Source of the DNA: Amoebophrya sp. A120
Lineage: Eukaryota > Protista > Dinoflagellata
Reading direction: 5' to 3'
DNA length: 64,000 bases
Assembly (NCBI GenBank): GCA_905178155.1
Contig: CAJINV010000001.1
Span: forward strand, 15,128,142-15,192,141
The stretch's first letter is position 1. Every line of letters starts with the position of its first letter. Below, in pieces: positions 25,454 through 38,200 of this stretch. The position numbers were made by a program, and so were the translations under genes. Under the pieces are notes generated by a model, which was not told the origin of the DNA, did not search any database, and saw only the letters and a program-made list of their open reading frames with translations.

Positions 25454-28400
25454 ATGTCGACAGAAAGGGAGCTGGAACGGCGGCAGATGCAGGAGCGAAC
25501 CGCATCGACCCGCCGGACGATGAGTGAGCCCGGAGGTTCTCTTCTAGATGGCGTCGCTCCTGCTTCGCAATCCTCCTCGTCCCAACATCAGGGACAGCAT
25601 CTGTTGCGCGGCTCCGCTGGAAGGACAGTTCTTTCACAGGGTGGAGTGATTGTCGGTGCATCAGGAGCGAGCGGCAGCAGTTCCGCTGACAATACTCGAA
25701 GCAGAACAGCAGGCAGGACCACTCCGGCCTCGTCAAAATTTTCCGTGCCCTACTATGAAGGAACCGGTGCGATTGCAGCATCAGGAACTTCTTTCGGTAG
25801 CAGGAGTAGCTCCAGTGCTAGTATGGAAACAGATCATGGAGATGGAACGACATCAGCGAGTGCAGCAGCTCGCGGCCTCCAGGTGGAGGAAAATAGAAAT
25901 ACAGGATTGCAAAAAAGACATCGTCGGGAAGATCAACATGAACATATCATGCACCAGTTCCGGAACGGAAGAAATCAAAATCACGAGCAATCCCTCCTGG
26001 TCTTCCACAAATACTACCTAGAGGACGATATCAGCCAGTTGATAAACGCGCAGAAACGGCTCCTGGTGGAGAAGAACTCTTTTTTATCCGGGGGTTTGAT
26101 CGTGGGCCTGGTGATCGGGTTTCTCTTTCTTTTCGCCGGCTTCCTCTGGACGCGGCGGTGGGTGAAGCAGAACGTAATGGGCGAGACCAACAAGGACCTG
26201 TTCTTTCAGATGTCGACCAAGCACGAGCGGCTGGCGGAAGCGAATAAACACATCCACCTGACTATCGTGATGAAAAACGTCCCCACACCAGAGTCAAGAT
26301 GGGGATTTTGCAACACAAACCTAGGAGTTTTGGGAGTCACGCATGACAAGTTTCAGTCCGTAAGGTAGTGCAAGTTAGCAAGGAAAGCCGCATCACAAAT
26401 CGATCTGCTGATCCTGTTTACAGCATTACAAGTTCCCAAACACGATTGAAAATACCTGTCATGGGGTTGCGCATCACAAATGTTCCTGTCATGGCAAATC
26501 TGCATGACAACTCTGGTGTGGGGACGTTTTTACTCAGGATACTGACCCGGAAGACCGCGGAGATGCACCACCCGACTTTGTATCAACTGTAAAAATGTCT
26601 GGGTCTGGAAGAAAAAGAATGCAACTTGTGATGCTGAATTTGGATTCCAAAAAAATCTGTATTGCATGAGCAGCAAAGGGAATGCGATTTTTGCTACGCG
26701 GAGAGGGCATTTGTCATGCGGAATAGGCATCGCGAAGCCCTCAAAAAATCTGTGATGCTAGGGCATGCATCACAGACATCATGGCCAATGCAAAACATGC
26801 ATGACAAGTGTGTCAGACATTTTTACATTTGATACTTTGGAGTCCTTAGACGGCAGTGTGTGGGAGGTAAAAGTGATCGACCACTACAGAAATTCGGGGC
26901 GAGTCACCCTACCGGAAGCTCCCGTGGAATATGACGACGATATGAGGCCTGTACTGTGACTGATTGCATTTTGATGTTTTCGCTATTTTGATTGCATTTC
27001 GACTTCCATGTTCCACTCAGCTGCTGTTGAATTGTTCACGATAGTACTTTTTCGTCATGGACGCTGCAGTAGGAGGTTTCTGTCTACACGATCATACTGT
27101 AGTCGCACCCGGTAAATAAAAACCTCAGGTCGTCAGCAAGGCGTTTAGCGGGCACTACCGATTTTCACTCACCTTCAACCTCGGGCACATGTACAACATC
27201 ACCGGCCTCGGGTTCGACGAGACCGATGGCACCAGTACGCTGCAGGGCTTCTATGAGGAGACCAACGGCGTGATGATTTTCGAAGAGAAGTTTCAGCGCA
27301 CGGACAGCAACACGCGGCAACCGATGAAGGCCATGGTGGAGTTGCTACTGCTCGGGCACGTGGGGCAAAGACGGTCCATGAAGGGCAAGTCCGTTCCCAC
27401 CACCAGAATACCGCCCTGCATCATTGTCGGAGCCGACTGTTCCGACGGCGCCGATACCTCTTTACCAATTGCAGAGGAATTTAGATTGCCCGGTATATAG
27501 CTTTTAAGAAATAATAAATCATGGAAAACTTTCGTTGGAGTTCAGTGTTTTCGTTCTGTGTCGGACTAGATGACGAGTACTTACATAGATACTGTGCCAC
27601 ACGCATAGAAGCTTAAACCGCTCGTCCAAACATTACTTATCAGGCGACGACAGCACCGGGGGGTACAAGAAAAAGCGGAGCCGGGTATATTGAGAGGAAA
27701 AATCCCCCCTCCCCATATCAAAACAAAATTTCTGATGCTGGATTTGTGTACACAAATCCGAGCTGTCTTGCTGGAGAGCACTGCAGGCCCATATCAAGTG
27801 TGAGTAGTAGAGAGGTTTTGGCCTAGGCACTTAGCATGAAAAACGTCAGCGCTGTAGGCCCGACAGCATGGCAATCCGCCTGCACAATGCGGCGGAGCCT
27901 GCGGAGTTGCCTTCTTGCAAGACAGACACGATTTGTGACCACGTATCAGCATCACAAATTTCCAAATGGCAATGGCAATGTCGGTGCATCACAAATTTCC
28001 TACGCTGGACAATGGCAATGTCGGTGCGGTTGTTTTAGCATCACAAATTTCCAAAAATATACCTTTTCAGTATGGGGAGGGGGGGACTTTTCCTTTTGAT
28101 AGGGTACCGGCGAAGCCCATGGCGGGGTTGGTGCGGAAGATGACGGGCGCGTTCGGTCTGGAGGTCAAGGAGAAGAAGCCGGGTTCCCCCACCAGCAGCC
28201 GGAAACTGGCCCCAGAGCCAACGAGCTTGAACCCCAACGATAAGAGTCCGCGGGTGTCGGACGTTGGAAAAGGGAAGAAACCGGCGGCGAGCCCGCGCGG
28301 CGGAGTGGTTCACGACCCGCGGGACGACGATTTTCTGGAGAAACTGAAGAAGCAGGAGGTCAGCGCGATGAGGGTGCAGGCGGCCGCCCGTGGTCGACTC

Positions 28401-28484
28401 GCCAGGAAGAAAACCAGTCCGATGCTGAAGGAGAGGCGCAAGGAGGGTTTGAAACAAGCCGGTTACGCCATGCAGGGACGATAG
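25454..28484 (+). CDS. Membrane protein of unknown function; the IQ-motif 3' part may be the same gene or a separate one
   Basis: TM helix GGLIVGLVIGFLFLFAGFLW. Frame is restored by removing introners 26263 and 26581 and GT-AG intron 26951-27128. The link across about 27390-27643 is uncertain. IQ motif RVQAAARGRLARK near 28370. Confidence 0.55.
26263..26541 (-). mobile_element. Introner family C (279 bp), inverted
   Basis: Family C TIRs. TSD ctgac. Removal gives HIHLT|RKTAEM. Nearly identical to 62944-63222. Confidence 0.93.
26581..26834 (+). mobile_element. Introner family B (254 bp), right TIR shortened
   Basis: tatcaactgtaaaaatgtctg / cagacatttttacatttgata. TSD ctttg. Removal gives HPTL|ESLDG. 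Confidence 0.9.
27688..28101 (-). mobile_element. Introner family A variant (414 bp) with internal duplication
   Basis: Family A TIRs. TSD gggta. Repeated gcatcacaaatttcc...caatggcaatgtcggtgc block. Removal gives KKRSRV|PAKPMAG. Confidence 0.85.
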
Positions 28485-29260
28485 GCGGTTGTGGGCAGAG
28501 ACCGGGAAGGCGATCATGATCCTGTGGCTTACATACTGCTTCTCCTTCTTATTTTTCACTTGGCGAGTTTCGTGAGCCGGTTTTTGTTGACAAAGAAAAG
28601 CTGTGAATATACAGCCAAACGCGGGATGAGCATACTGTTTGTTTGGTTGTGAGTTTCTGAAAGTTCTTGTGGTTTTGATGAAGATGCTGATTTCAAATTA
28701 TAACGCAGCGTGACGTTTCTTGTTTCTTGAAACTGCAATGAGTAGACCCGCTCAATGGCACACATAGCGACCCATTCCGTTTCTCAAAATGTACTTAGAT
28801 TTTTTGCCCATTGCTCGCGAAGCTGGGTGCACGAACAAAGCAACAAGCCGCACAAGCGAAACAAGCACAGTACAGTAGTAATGCGAACACATCGACATTT
28901 TCGAATACGAATTCCAATCCTCGCGCTTCCAAAAAAACGCGAGAAGATACCGCCCACCTTTCTGGTGCAGGTAAGCACGTCGGTGTTCCAGTTGTTGCGA
29001 TTCAGAGCACGTCGTGAGTGAGGAAAATTGCAAGTAGACCGTGACAGTGGAGTTGCTTACGAGAGTGCAGCTATGCGCGTACTCTCCGCTTTCCTTCTAC
29101 TACGGTAGTTCTAGTTTCTGCTTTACTTACCACAGTTTCATCACACGTCGCACAGCGCTTGTAAGTGAATGCGCTGTTCTTCCTTATCTTCTGGTGCTGC
29201 AAAAGGCACGGCAAGTTGAAGTCACTGGAAGAACACCCCTCCAGCACTGCATCCCACAAG

Positions 29261-32200
29261 ATGTCCGGCGAGGAAGAAACCAGGCTCTCCTTGAGCCCGG
29301 AGAGCAAGAAGAGTCGGGCGAAGGCCATTCAGAAGGAGATCCGGGCACTTGAGCGTGACTTGCTTTCCCTGGATCCCAGTCTCGCGGCGAAAACCCGGCG
29401 TGGAGGCTGCTGCGGCGGAAGCAAGCCCAGGCCTGGCACTCCGTCGTCGGTGTCCTATCAAATGCAAAAATGTCTGGGTCTGGAAAAGTCATGCTGCTTT
29501 TGCATGACGCATAAGGTCTGGCATGGAAGCTCTAGCATCACAGATTTCGAGAAGCTTCCGCAATGCCGAATCCGCATGACAAACGCCCCATTTTGGTGAC
29601 AGAAAGTGGGCAGCTTTTGATTTTTATGTGTTGTGAAATGCGCATCACAAGTTCGCATTCCTCCAGACCCAGACATATTTGCAATGCATATGTCCTCCCC
29701 AAATGACAAAGTCGTGGAGGATGAGATCAAAGCGGAGTTGTCAGCGGAGGAAATGAAGCAGGGCCACGAGTACCCGCTGAATTTTGCGATGAAGGTACGA
29801 GTTTCTTGTTAGTATCGACGCTGGTTCGTGCTGTACATAGGAAACACAAAAAGCATAAAAAACCATCCGACACCAAGATGAAACCGCGGCTTTTGAAAGA
29901 TTTTCCCCCATGGCAATTTCCCTCTTGGAGGATCATCTTTTCAAAATTCGGAAAAAAAAAACACAGATGATGCACGTGCTGTGGCCGAACGCAGAGCGTG
30001 CTTTCGCTCGGAAAATCCAGTACAACATTGTCCCGTTGCTCGCGAAGGATCTCCCCCCTGCGATGCAGGACATCACCGTGAGTCGGATCTACCTCGGCAA
30101 AGCGCGGCCGAAAATGGGGCCACTGCGGCTCATTCCGCCGAACTACCGAGCGCAGGTCCGCGCGAGTCGCGCCGACCGCGGGGGCAGTGTCGTATTACAA
30201 TGAAAAATACCCCCACCCCCAAAGTTGCAATAACAGAGAAATTTATAGACAGGGAGTAGGGAGGACCAGGGAGGACCAGGGAGGAGCGTTCGCGTCTATA
30301 TAGAAAAAGCATCGGGCATTTTTTCAAAATGTGTTCACCGATGGCATGGCGAACTTTCGGGCCAAGGCCCCTTCAGCTTTCTGATAGCCATACCAATAAC
30401 AACTGCGTGGCCCGAAATTGAACAGCGACGCAGTAAATTGTTGAAGTAGCCACTTCAACAGTTTGCGTTGTTGTTCAGTTTACAACTTGCCATGCAGTTG
30501 TTATGGAAGTGGCTACTTCAATTCGCACAGGCAAACTGTTGAAGTTGCCATTTCAAAAACTTGCGTTGTGCAAATTTTTGAAGTAGTCACTTCAACAATT
30601 TGCGTTCTTGTTGTTGTTCGGCTTGGGTTTGCAACGTGTCACGCAGCTTGTGTTGAAGTGGCTACTTCAACTTCGCGGAGAGTTGAGGTAGCCATTTGAA
30701 TAGCAAGCGCATGACAAATTGCCACAATAGTGACAATTTATTGAAATTGAACAAAAATTGTGAAAGTGGCCACTTCAACAATTCGGGTTCTGCGAATTGT
30801 TGAAGTGGCCATTTCAAAAATTCGGGCTGTGCAATGTGTTGAAATGGCCATTTCAACAAAACCCGAATTGCAATTGTTGAAATGGCCATTTCAACATTTT
30901 GCACGACCCGAATTATTTCAACAATTCGCAGAACCCGAATTGTTGAAATGGCCCTTTCAACATTTTGCACAACCCGAATTGTTGAAATGGCCATTTCAAC
31001 AATTCGCAGAACCCGAATTGTTGAAATGGCCATTTCAACATTTTGCACAACCCGAATTGTTGAACTGGCCATTTCAACAATTCGCAGAACCCAAATTGTT
31101 GAAGTGGCCATTTCAACAATTCGCAGAACCCGAATTGTTGAAATGGCCATTTCAACACTTTGCACAACCCAAATTGTTGAAGTGGCCATTTCAACAATTT
31201 GGGTTGTGCAAATTGTTGAAATGGCTATTTCAACAATTTGCGTTGTGCAAATTGTTGAAATAATTGTGCAAAATGTTGAAGTGGCCACTTCAGCAATTCG
31301 GGTTTTGTTGAAATGGCCAATTCAACATTTTGCACAACCCGAATTGCTGAAGTGGCCACTTCAACAATTCGCAGAACCCGAATTGTTGAAGTGGCCACTT
31401 TCACAATTTTTGTTCGCACACGACGCAAATTGTTGACATAGCCACTTCAACAATTGGCGTCGTTGTCCAGCTTCAGTTTGCAACGTGTCACGCAGCTGCT
31501 CACGACACTCTGGTGGAGAGTAGAAGTGGCCACTTCATCAAAAGCTGCATGACAAGTTGCAAACTGAACAACAACACAGATAATTCTTGCTGCAGTGGCT
31601 ATAATTTGAACGCGTTTGCGTTGTTGTTCAATTTCAACAACTGCCACTACTGTGGCAATTTGTCATGCAGTTGTTATCGAAGTGGCTACTTTTTCAACTT
31701 TCTTCCGATGGATGGAGGACAGTTGGAGTAGCCACTTCAATAGTTTGCCCTTCATTTCTGCGCTACAGCTTGCCAATCATGATGGCAATTTGTAACGCAG
31801 AAACGAAGGGCAGGAGAAAGCTCTTCGCGTTTCTTTTGTCCTTCATTTCTGCATTTGTAACGCAGAAACGAAGGAGAATAAAGCTACTGAGAGTTGAGAA
31901 AGCCACTTCAACAGCTTCGCACTTACTTGGCCCCTCAGCCTCATGTGTGCGCTACAGCTTGCCAGCCGTTGACTTTGGCAAGCTGCCACGCAGGCGAGCG
32001 CCATACTTAGCCATAAAACTCAGGCGCCAAAAGTCGGGCCGCCGTGCAGTTTTCGCCGGGAGTTGGGTCCGAGGAAGGCTGGACTCCGCTCCCGGGAGCT
32101 GAATCCAGACGCGCTCTCTGTTCGTAGAGCATGGCGCAGAGCAAGGGGCGCACAAGTGGCGACCCCTGTTAGCGCAAGTTCCCCACCCACTTTCCAAAAA

Positions 32201-35200
32201 GTTTCCAAAGCCCCAAGCCCTTGGCGCGTCTGTTGCCCGCCAGCCGGGGCGCCGTTTGTGCGTGCCGTGCCCTCGGCTGCCCAGCTCGCGTCGCGTTTGG
32301 CATTGGGAAGACACTCCGGCGCGGCGCGCCGCCGGCCCCAATTGTATTTGGGGCCGCCTGGCACTAAGTACAAACACCGAAAGGGCTGCCCTTCGTGGGT
32401 CTTGCGCTTTTCGCCATGCCCAGGGGCGCCCGCTCCCTTTGTTGTGTCGGTGGCCCTTTTGGGGTCACCAGCGCCCCGCGCGCGCGATGTAATGTTGGCA
32501 GAGCAGCGCGGGGCGGGGGCGTTGTGGCAAGGCGGGGCCCCGCGCGGTTTTTGCAGGCCAGCCTTCGGGAGGTCCCGCGAGTGAGGTCGCCCGCGACCGG
32601 GCAAAATGGCAGGCCGGCGGGGAGGCGACTTGGCCCAGGCGCCAGGATGGCAGCGGGCGCACGCAAATGCCTCCCGCTGACCTTACCGCGGCGCCTGTGG
32701 GTGCGTCCATTGGTGCAGTAGGGTATTGCGGCTCTTTGGCGATCGCGGGCGAAGCAACTCGGGGGCGGGGGCTAAGGCCCCCCCTGCGCTAGCTTTTGAT
32801 TGGGCCCGGGCTTTGGCCCCTGCGCCACCCCGGGTGGGCCGCGCCGCCCTTTGGGTGGGTCGTTAGAAGTTGCCCGGGCCAGGCCCCCCCGCCGGTTTTT
32901 TGTTGCAGAGAGAAAGAACAGCCGCGCGCCGGGGGCCCGGCGCCCGCTGGCTTTTGCGCGCGAAGCCCGGAGGCTTCTTGCGGCCGGCCGCAAGCGGCAA
33001 GCGTCTCTCTGGCCTCCGCGGCCTTGTGCGCAGCGCTCGGCCCAACCCGAGCGACCGCCCGCGGACGCCCCAAGGCCCCGGCGGCTATTTCATTCGGGCG
33101 GGCTAGGGGGGTTGGTGGTGTTCCATTTCCGCCCCGGCATAGGCGCGGGCTTCTTTTGTAGCTATGCTCGCTGGGGATGGGGTCCGGAATGGCTCCGGGC
33201 GGCTTTGGCCCGCCGCGGCCCAGCGCTGTGAGTGCTTCCGAAAGAAAGTACTTCAAGGGGGCGCCGGGTGTTTTCTGCGTTGGCTTTTCATTCTATTGGC
33301 TTTGGAAAATTTTGGGAAGGCTTCGGGGAGATATTCGGGAGGCCCCTGCCGTGCTCTTTCCAGTTTTTCCAGAAAAAAGAAGAACGGGGGGGCCCGCCTT
33401 GCGGCCTCCGCTTGGGTGCGTCTGCCCGGGCCCGCCGCACGGGAGGCGCGCCCGCATATTGGAGGCGTTGGCCCGCCCCGGGGAAAGGGTGCGCCGCAGA
33501 GCGCGGCCAGGGAGGCGGGCCAATCTGCCCTTTGCCGTCCGAGCCCGTCCCGGCGGCTTTCGCTTCTGCCCTGCCCTCCGCCCCATAGCAGTCTTTTGGC
33601 CGGCCTTGTGCTTCGGGGCAGCCAGGCGGCCTGTTGGCCCGCCTCCGTCCGCCCCGACGCGCGCCCGCCCATTTCGCCGGGGGCCCCGGGCCTTCGTTCC
33701 TTGTATTGCCCGGCCCGTGCGCGTGTCCCACGCACTCGGCGTGTGGGTGTACCGCCCGCGCCCTACCCAGAAACTGCCTGCGTGGCGCGCCCCGCCCGCG
33801 CGGGCGGGCACGAAAAAGTTCGCAGGATTTCCACCCTAACGCAAAAAATTTCGAAAAATCCACATAGCGCAAAAACAAAATCCAAAAAAAAACCAAAAAA
33901 AAACTTTTGAATTTCTTTGCTTCCCCGACGGCCTGGCCTATGTGGGGCAGCTCCCGAGTCTGTTCTCGCCCCTGTTTGTCAGAGGAGGGCCTGGCGTAGG
34001 TGTCGCATATTTGCCCGCTTGGGTGGTCCGCATCTCTTGGCCTCCGCTCCTGGTGATGAGAACCCAGAGTGGCGAATCCGTGTGGGGTTGGGCCTTCTTC
34101 TGCCGGGGAGCAGAGGTTTCCTCGTGGCGCATTTTCGCCACAGAGGATTTCTTTTTGGGTTTGGCCAGGAAAAATATTAGAAAAAATTTGAAAAAAATCC
34201 GGGAAAAATCAAGAGGCGCACAAAAAAAATTTGAAAAAAATTTTAGAAATTGGCCAATTTGCAAAAACCAATGGGATTTTGCTAATGTCGCCGATTTTCC
34301 GAAATTTTTTTTGGCCTTTTTTGAGCGCCATCGAAATTTTATCCGGCCGAATCGAAATTTTTTTTGGGCAAATCGAAATTTTTTTTAGATTTTCCTTGGC
34401 CACATGCTGAGGAAGTTCTTCACTTCAGTTCGAACGCATCCGAGCGCCCGCGTTGTCGAGCAGCCGCGCCCATCATGCCTGCGCGCCGCATCCCGCGCGC
34501 TCCCGAGGCATTTCGAGCGCGCGCGGCGTGGCGACTTCGTGTTGAGTTTCATCCCATTGCGAAGCACCGAAGGCAGCGACCCACACCCCCCCACCCTTCT
34601 GGTGCAGCCTGCAGGATGGGCCCCAACTCGCCTCCGGCCCAAGGGCCACCCCGCTACCCTTTGCGAAAATTTTAAAAAAATTCAGAAAAAAGTTGGATTT
34701 TTCGGCCCAAAAGCGTTAGGGGCAAAATCCGGCGAAAAAAAGGGGCCGGCCCCAGGACAGGCGTGCGCGGGCGAAGGGGCCCGCAGGAAGGGTGGCGCAA
34801 CTTATTTTGCCCACTGGACTGACTGACTTCGCCCGGTCGGTCGCAATGGCGGTGGGCACGCACCCACGCAGGCAAACCAGCTCGGCGGCCGAACTGCCGG
34901 CGAGGGCCCGAGGAAGGATGGAGCAGAGAAGCTGCATGCCGCCGCCCTAATGAGAAGACTGGCAAAAAGAGCAGGGGCGGGGCCCGCCAAAAGTTGGGCG
35001 GCAGTGGGCCTCGGCCCGGGCATCCACCCCATGCGCGCGCCCATGCTATGGGCACCGTTGTGACAGCCGGGCGGGCCGTGTCCTGCCTGCCGCGCGCGGC
35101 TTTCTCTGGGCCCTCTCGCGTAGTTCGGGTCCAGAGGGGCCGTGGGCCTTGGTCTTGCTTTTCGTTTATCGGTCGCCGCGCCGCCGTGTCCTGCAGAACA

Positions 35201-38200
35201 TTACTCAATAGGCATAGCCATTATTTAGTCATGACGGCGTGGCACGGGAGTAAAGACCTTGGAATTAATGCGGGCAGGGTGCCTAACCCGCGGGGGAGAA
35301 AACAATCCAAAGCCCGGGGCGGTTGGATGTGGATCAGGGGCAAATTTTGTGTATGTGCTGGAAATTTATTGTTGAAATATTAATATTTTTGAAAAGCTTT
35401 GCGCGGTCCGTTTGTAGGGTAGCTTTGCCTTTGCCATCGCGTCGCCTTATAGCTTTGTCTTTTGTCGCCGCATTCCCGACATCGCACTACCATGGGGATT
35501 GAGTATATTCCGCATGGAAAACTCGCGCAAATTGTTAAAGAGCACCATACCGCCGCGATTGGGGTTTTTATGATTTTCCGGCTTTCGGTTTTGGGTTTTA
35601 TATAGCAAAATCTCCTCCCTGGTCCTCCCTACCCTGGGACCCGGGATTCTATAAACTCTTCTGCAATAACTTGTGATGCAAAGTTTCCAAATGAAAACTT
35701 TTTGTCATGCATGAAAGGCCTATGAATCTTTCTGATGCAGAGTCTAGGTGTATATCGCATTGCTTGCATGACAAGCGCCGCTCCTGCTGGGATCTTGCGC
35801 AATGCAAATTTATTCTATTCACGATTGAAAATCTGTGATGCTGATGAATGCAAGAGGGCGAATGTTTCATTTGCAAAGGTTTGCAATACAAATGCTCCCA
35901 AGTTCGGGGGTGGGGGCATTTTTCATTGTAATATGTCGGGTCCAGTGTCCACTCAAGCCCGATGTCAAAGTCGCGGGGCAATATGGAGGGCCAGCACCGC
36001 GAAGAAGTTTTTGTGCGAGATGTTGAGACGAAGCAAGGGTCTAATCTGGTCGCAGGCGGTCGCGGCGCGAGCAGCATAGCGCCGTCCCGTTTATCATTCG
36101 ACAGCGAAGTGGAGCGCGTTCCGTTTATCACAGAAAACAGCTCATCTTCCTCGAGCGCATCTGCATCCGGGGAGGAAGCGGTGGATCTGAAACATGTTCC
36201 GCGAGCGAAACAAGGATCCGCACCTCGGAAGCCAGAGTCCGAACAGCCACAAGGCGCAGGTATCAGCAGTTTTCCCTTCTTCTCGTGTTTGTCCCGCTCG
36301 GGGACCGCATCGGGATCCTCGTGTTTTGGCGCGCGGGGTCCAACAGCCTCGACAGAAGGAGGAAACATCATCGGAGAACCTGCAAATAACTCGGACGAGT
36401 TGCAGGTTCAGCCGTCCGAGCAGTGCCGCTACCCCTCTGCCTCTCCGCACATCGAAGATTCTTCCTCCGGGAGCACCACGCGGTTCTTATCCGCCTGCAG
36501 CGAGAGGGCAAGTTCCCCGCCGTGCTTGAAGTCTCACTTCGCCGAGCAGTTCGCGGAGGCCCTGGAGGAGGCCACGCACGAAGCTTTCGTGATAGAGGGC
36601 GCGCATCGGCAGGAAATAAACCAAAAATCTTCCGGGACGTCTGCTGAACAAGTCGACGGCATAATTCTGGAAGACAAGGCTGCCCCGGAGAGCCGGTGCT
36701 GCACGCCGGCGAAGCAACCGACCGCGGAGGGGGAAGCGAATGACGCGGAAATTGAGGAGGGCCGAGAACCACAAAAACACATCGTCGGCGGACTCGACGA
36801 GGTCCCGCCGAGCCCGGGGAGAAACAGCGCGCGGTCCGTCCGGTCGCCCGACAAGAACCTGGATCGCTCCTGGTCGGCGGTCGCGGACTTGGTTGGGAAG
36901 GACGAGGTGGATCGGCTTGTGTGGGAGATGCCCTTCGAGTGGCGCAGCGACATGCTGGTCGAGTTCACCGCTTTGAATGGAATGATGCGGTTTGGCTGCG
37001 AAGAGTTCTACACGAAGGGGGACATGCAGATCGTGATGCGCCCCATTTTGAACGAGGTGCCCCTGTACGGCGGAATATCCGTTGGGTTTATCAATCCCCC
37101 GGAGATGGACTTCAAGTTTGTCGGGACGGGGTCCGGGCTGGCGCAAGTGCCCATGTTTGCGCGGAAGATGAAGCAGGTGGCGGTGATGGAGTTCGCCAAG
37201 CGGTTTGTGTTGCCGTACTCCATGTTCCTCCGTACCGTCCCGGTGGATAAGTTAGACCTCCCCTCCTTGAAGTTCCACGCGGTCCCGGATTTCTGCGTGC
37301 GGGTGGAGGTTTTGGAAATGCGGGACTTACCCGGGTCCGACTACCACCTGTTTTCGCAGGCCACTTCCGACCCCTACTGCGTCTTCAAGCTCGGCCCCTT
37401 GACCTACCAAACCGAGGTCGTGAAAGCGAACTTGAACCCGGTGTTCACGGAGAGAATGCGGCGGTCGGGGGAGTTTCTGGTCTACAACGCCCGGCAGCGG
37501 TTGTACGTGGAAGTCTACGATCGGGATGTTTTGTCCGCCGACGACCTCCTCGGGAAAAACGACTGGGTGATTGGCGATCTGATCGGGGCGGAACCGGTGT
37601 GGGTGGACCTGCAGATGCCCCCGGAGCTGAAATCTTCGCACAAGCACACGCGGCCGCAGATCAAGCTGAAGGTGACGAAGTTGCTGCCCGTGGTGATGCA
37701 GCCCCCGTCGGACGACAGTGACTTCCCGAACAGCACGCCCATCTCGACTGCGCGGGGGCAGTCTTTGCTGAATCTCGGCGGCGTGATAGATCCGGGCAAC
37801 ACGGAGATGGGGGCAAACGCGAAGAAGGCGATGCAGCGCTTCGGCTCGACGATGTCCACCGCTGTGACGAAAGCGATGTATCCTGTGCAAAAGTATCGTA
37901 CTCGTACTAATTGCAGATATGCATGACAAATCCAACTTTCTACCTGAAACAGCATGACAAATTGCATTTTTGGTCTTCGGAAAATTTGTAATGCAATTAT
38001 ATACTAGTACGAATACGATACTTTTGCACTGCATACGATGACCAAGTCGCCGATCCCGAAGCATTTGATGCCGCGCACCTACCTTTTAGAGATAAAAGTG
38101 TACGGGTGCAACGGGTGCAAGAACAGCTCCATGTCGGCGATCAATCTGCGGTTGAACATCAAGGCGAAATCGGAAAAGGAGCACGAGAAGGTGTTATTGC

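Larger units (their letters stand above)
30235..35662. mobile_element. Non-autonomous TIR element (about 5.4 kb) nested in an introner, 8-bp TSD
   Basis: TSD gcaataac at 30227-30234 and 35663-35670. Imperfect TIRs aga.a..tttataga...gtagggaggaccagggaggag...ctatata. No transposase ORF seen. Confidence 0.8.
30193..35933 (-). mobile_element. Introner family D enlarged to 5741 bp by a nested insertion
   Basis: TIR tattacaatgaaaaatacccccaccccc / gggggtgggggcatttttcattgtaata. TSD tgtcg. Removal gives GGSV|GSSVHSSPMSK in frame with the ORF at 35962. Confidence 0.9.

Noticed and set aside
30760-31436. CRISPR-like array or repeat-protein ORFs
   Set aside because: The linkers are only 15 bp and repeat rather than being unique, no cas genes are present, and the context is eukaryotic. 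The ORFs arise because the unit is 39 bp (13 codons).
31950-35383. Many overlapping Arg/Pro/Gly-rich ORFs
   Set aside because: They result from high GC on both strands, have no recognisable domain, and lie inside a nested element within an intron.
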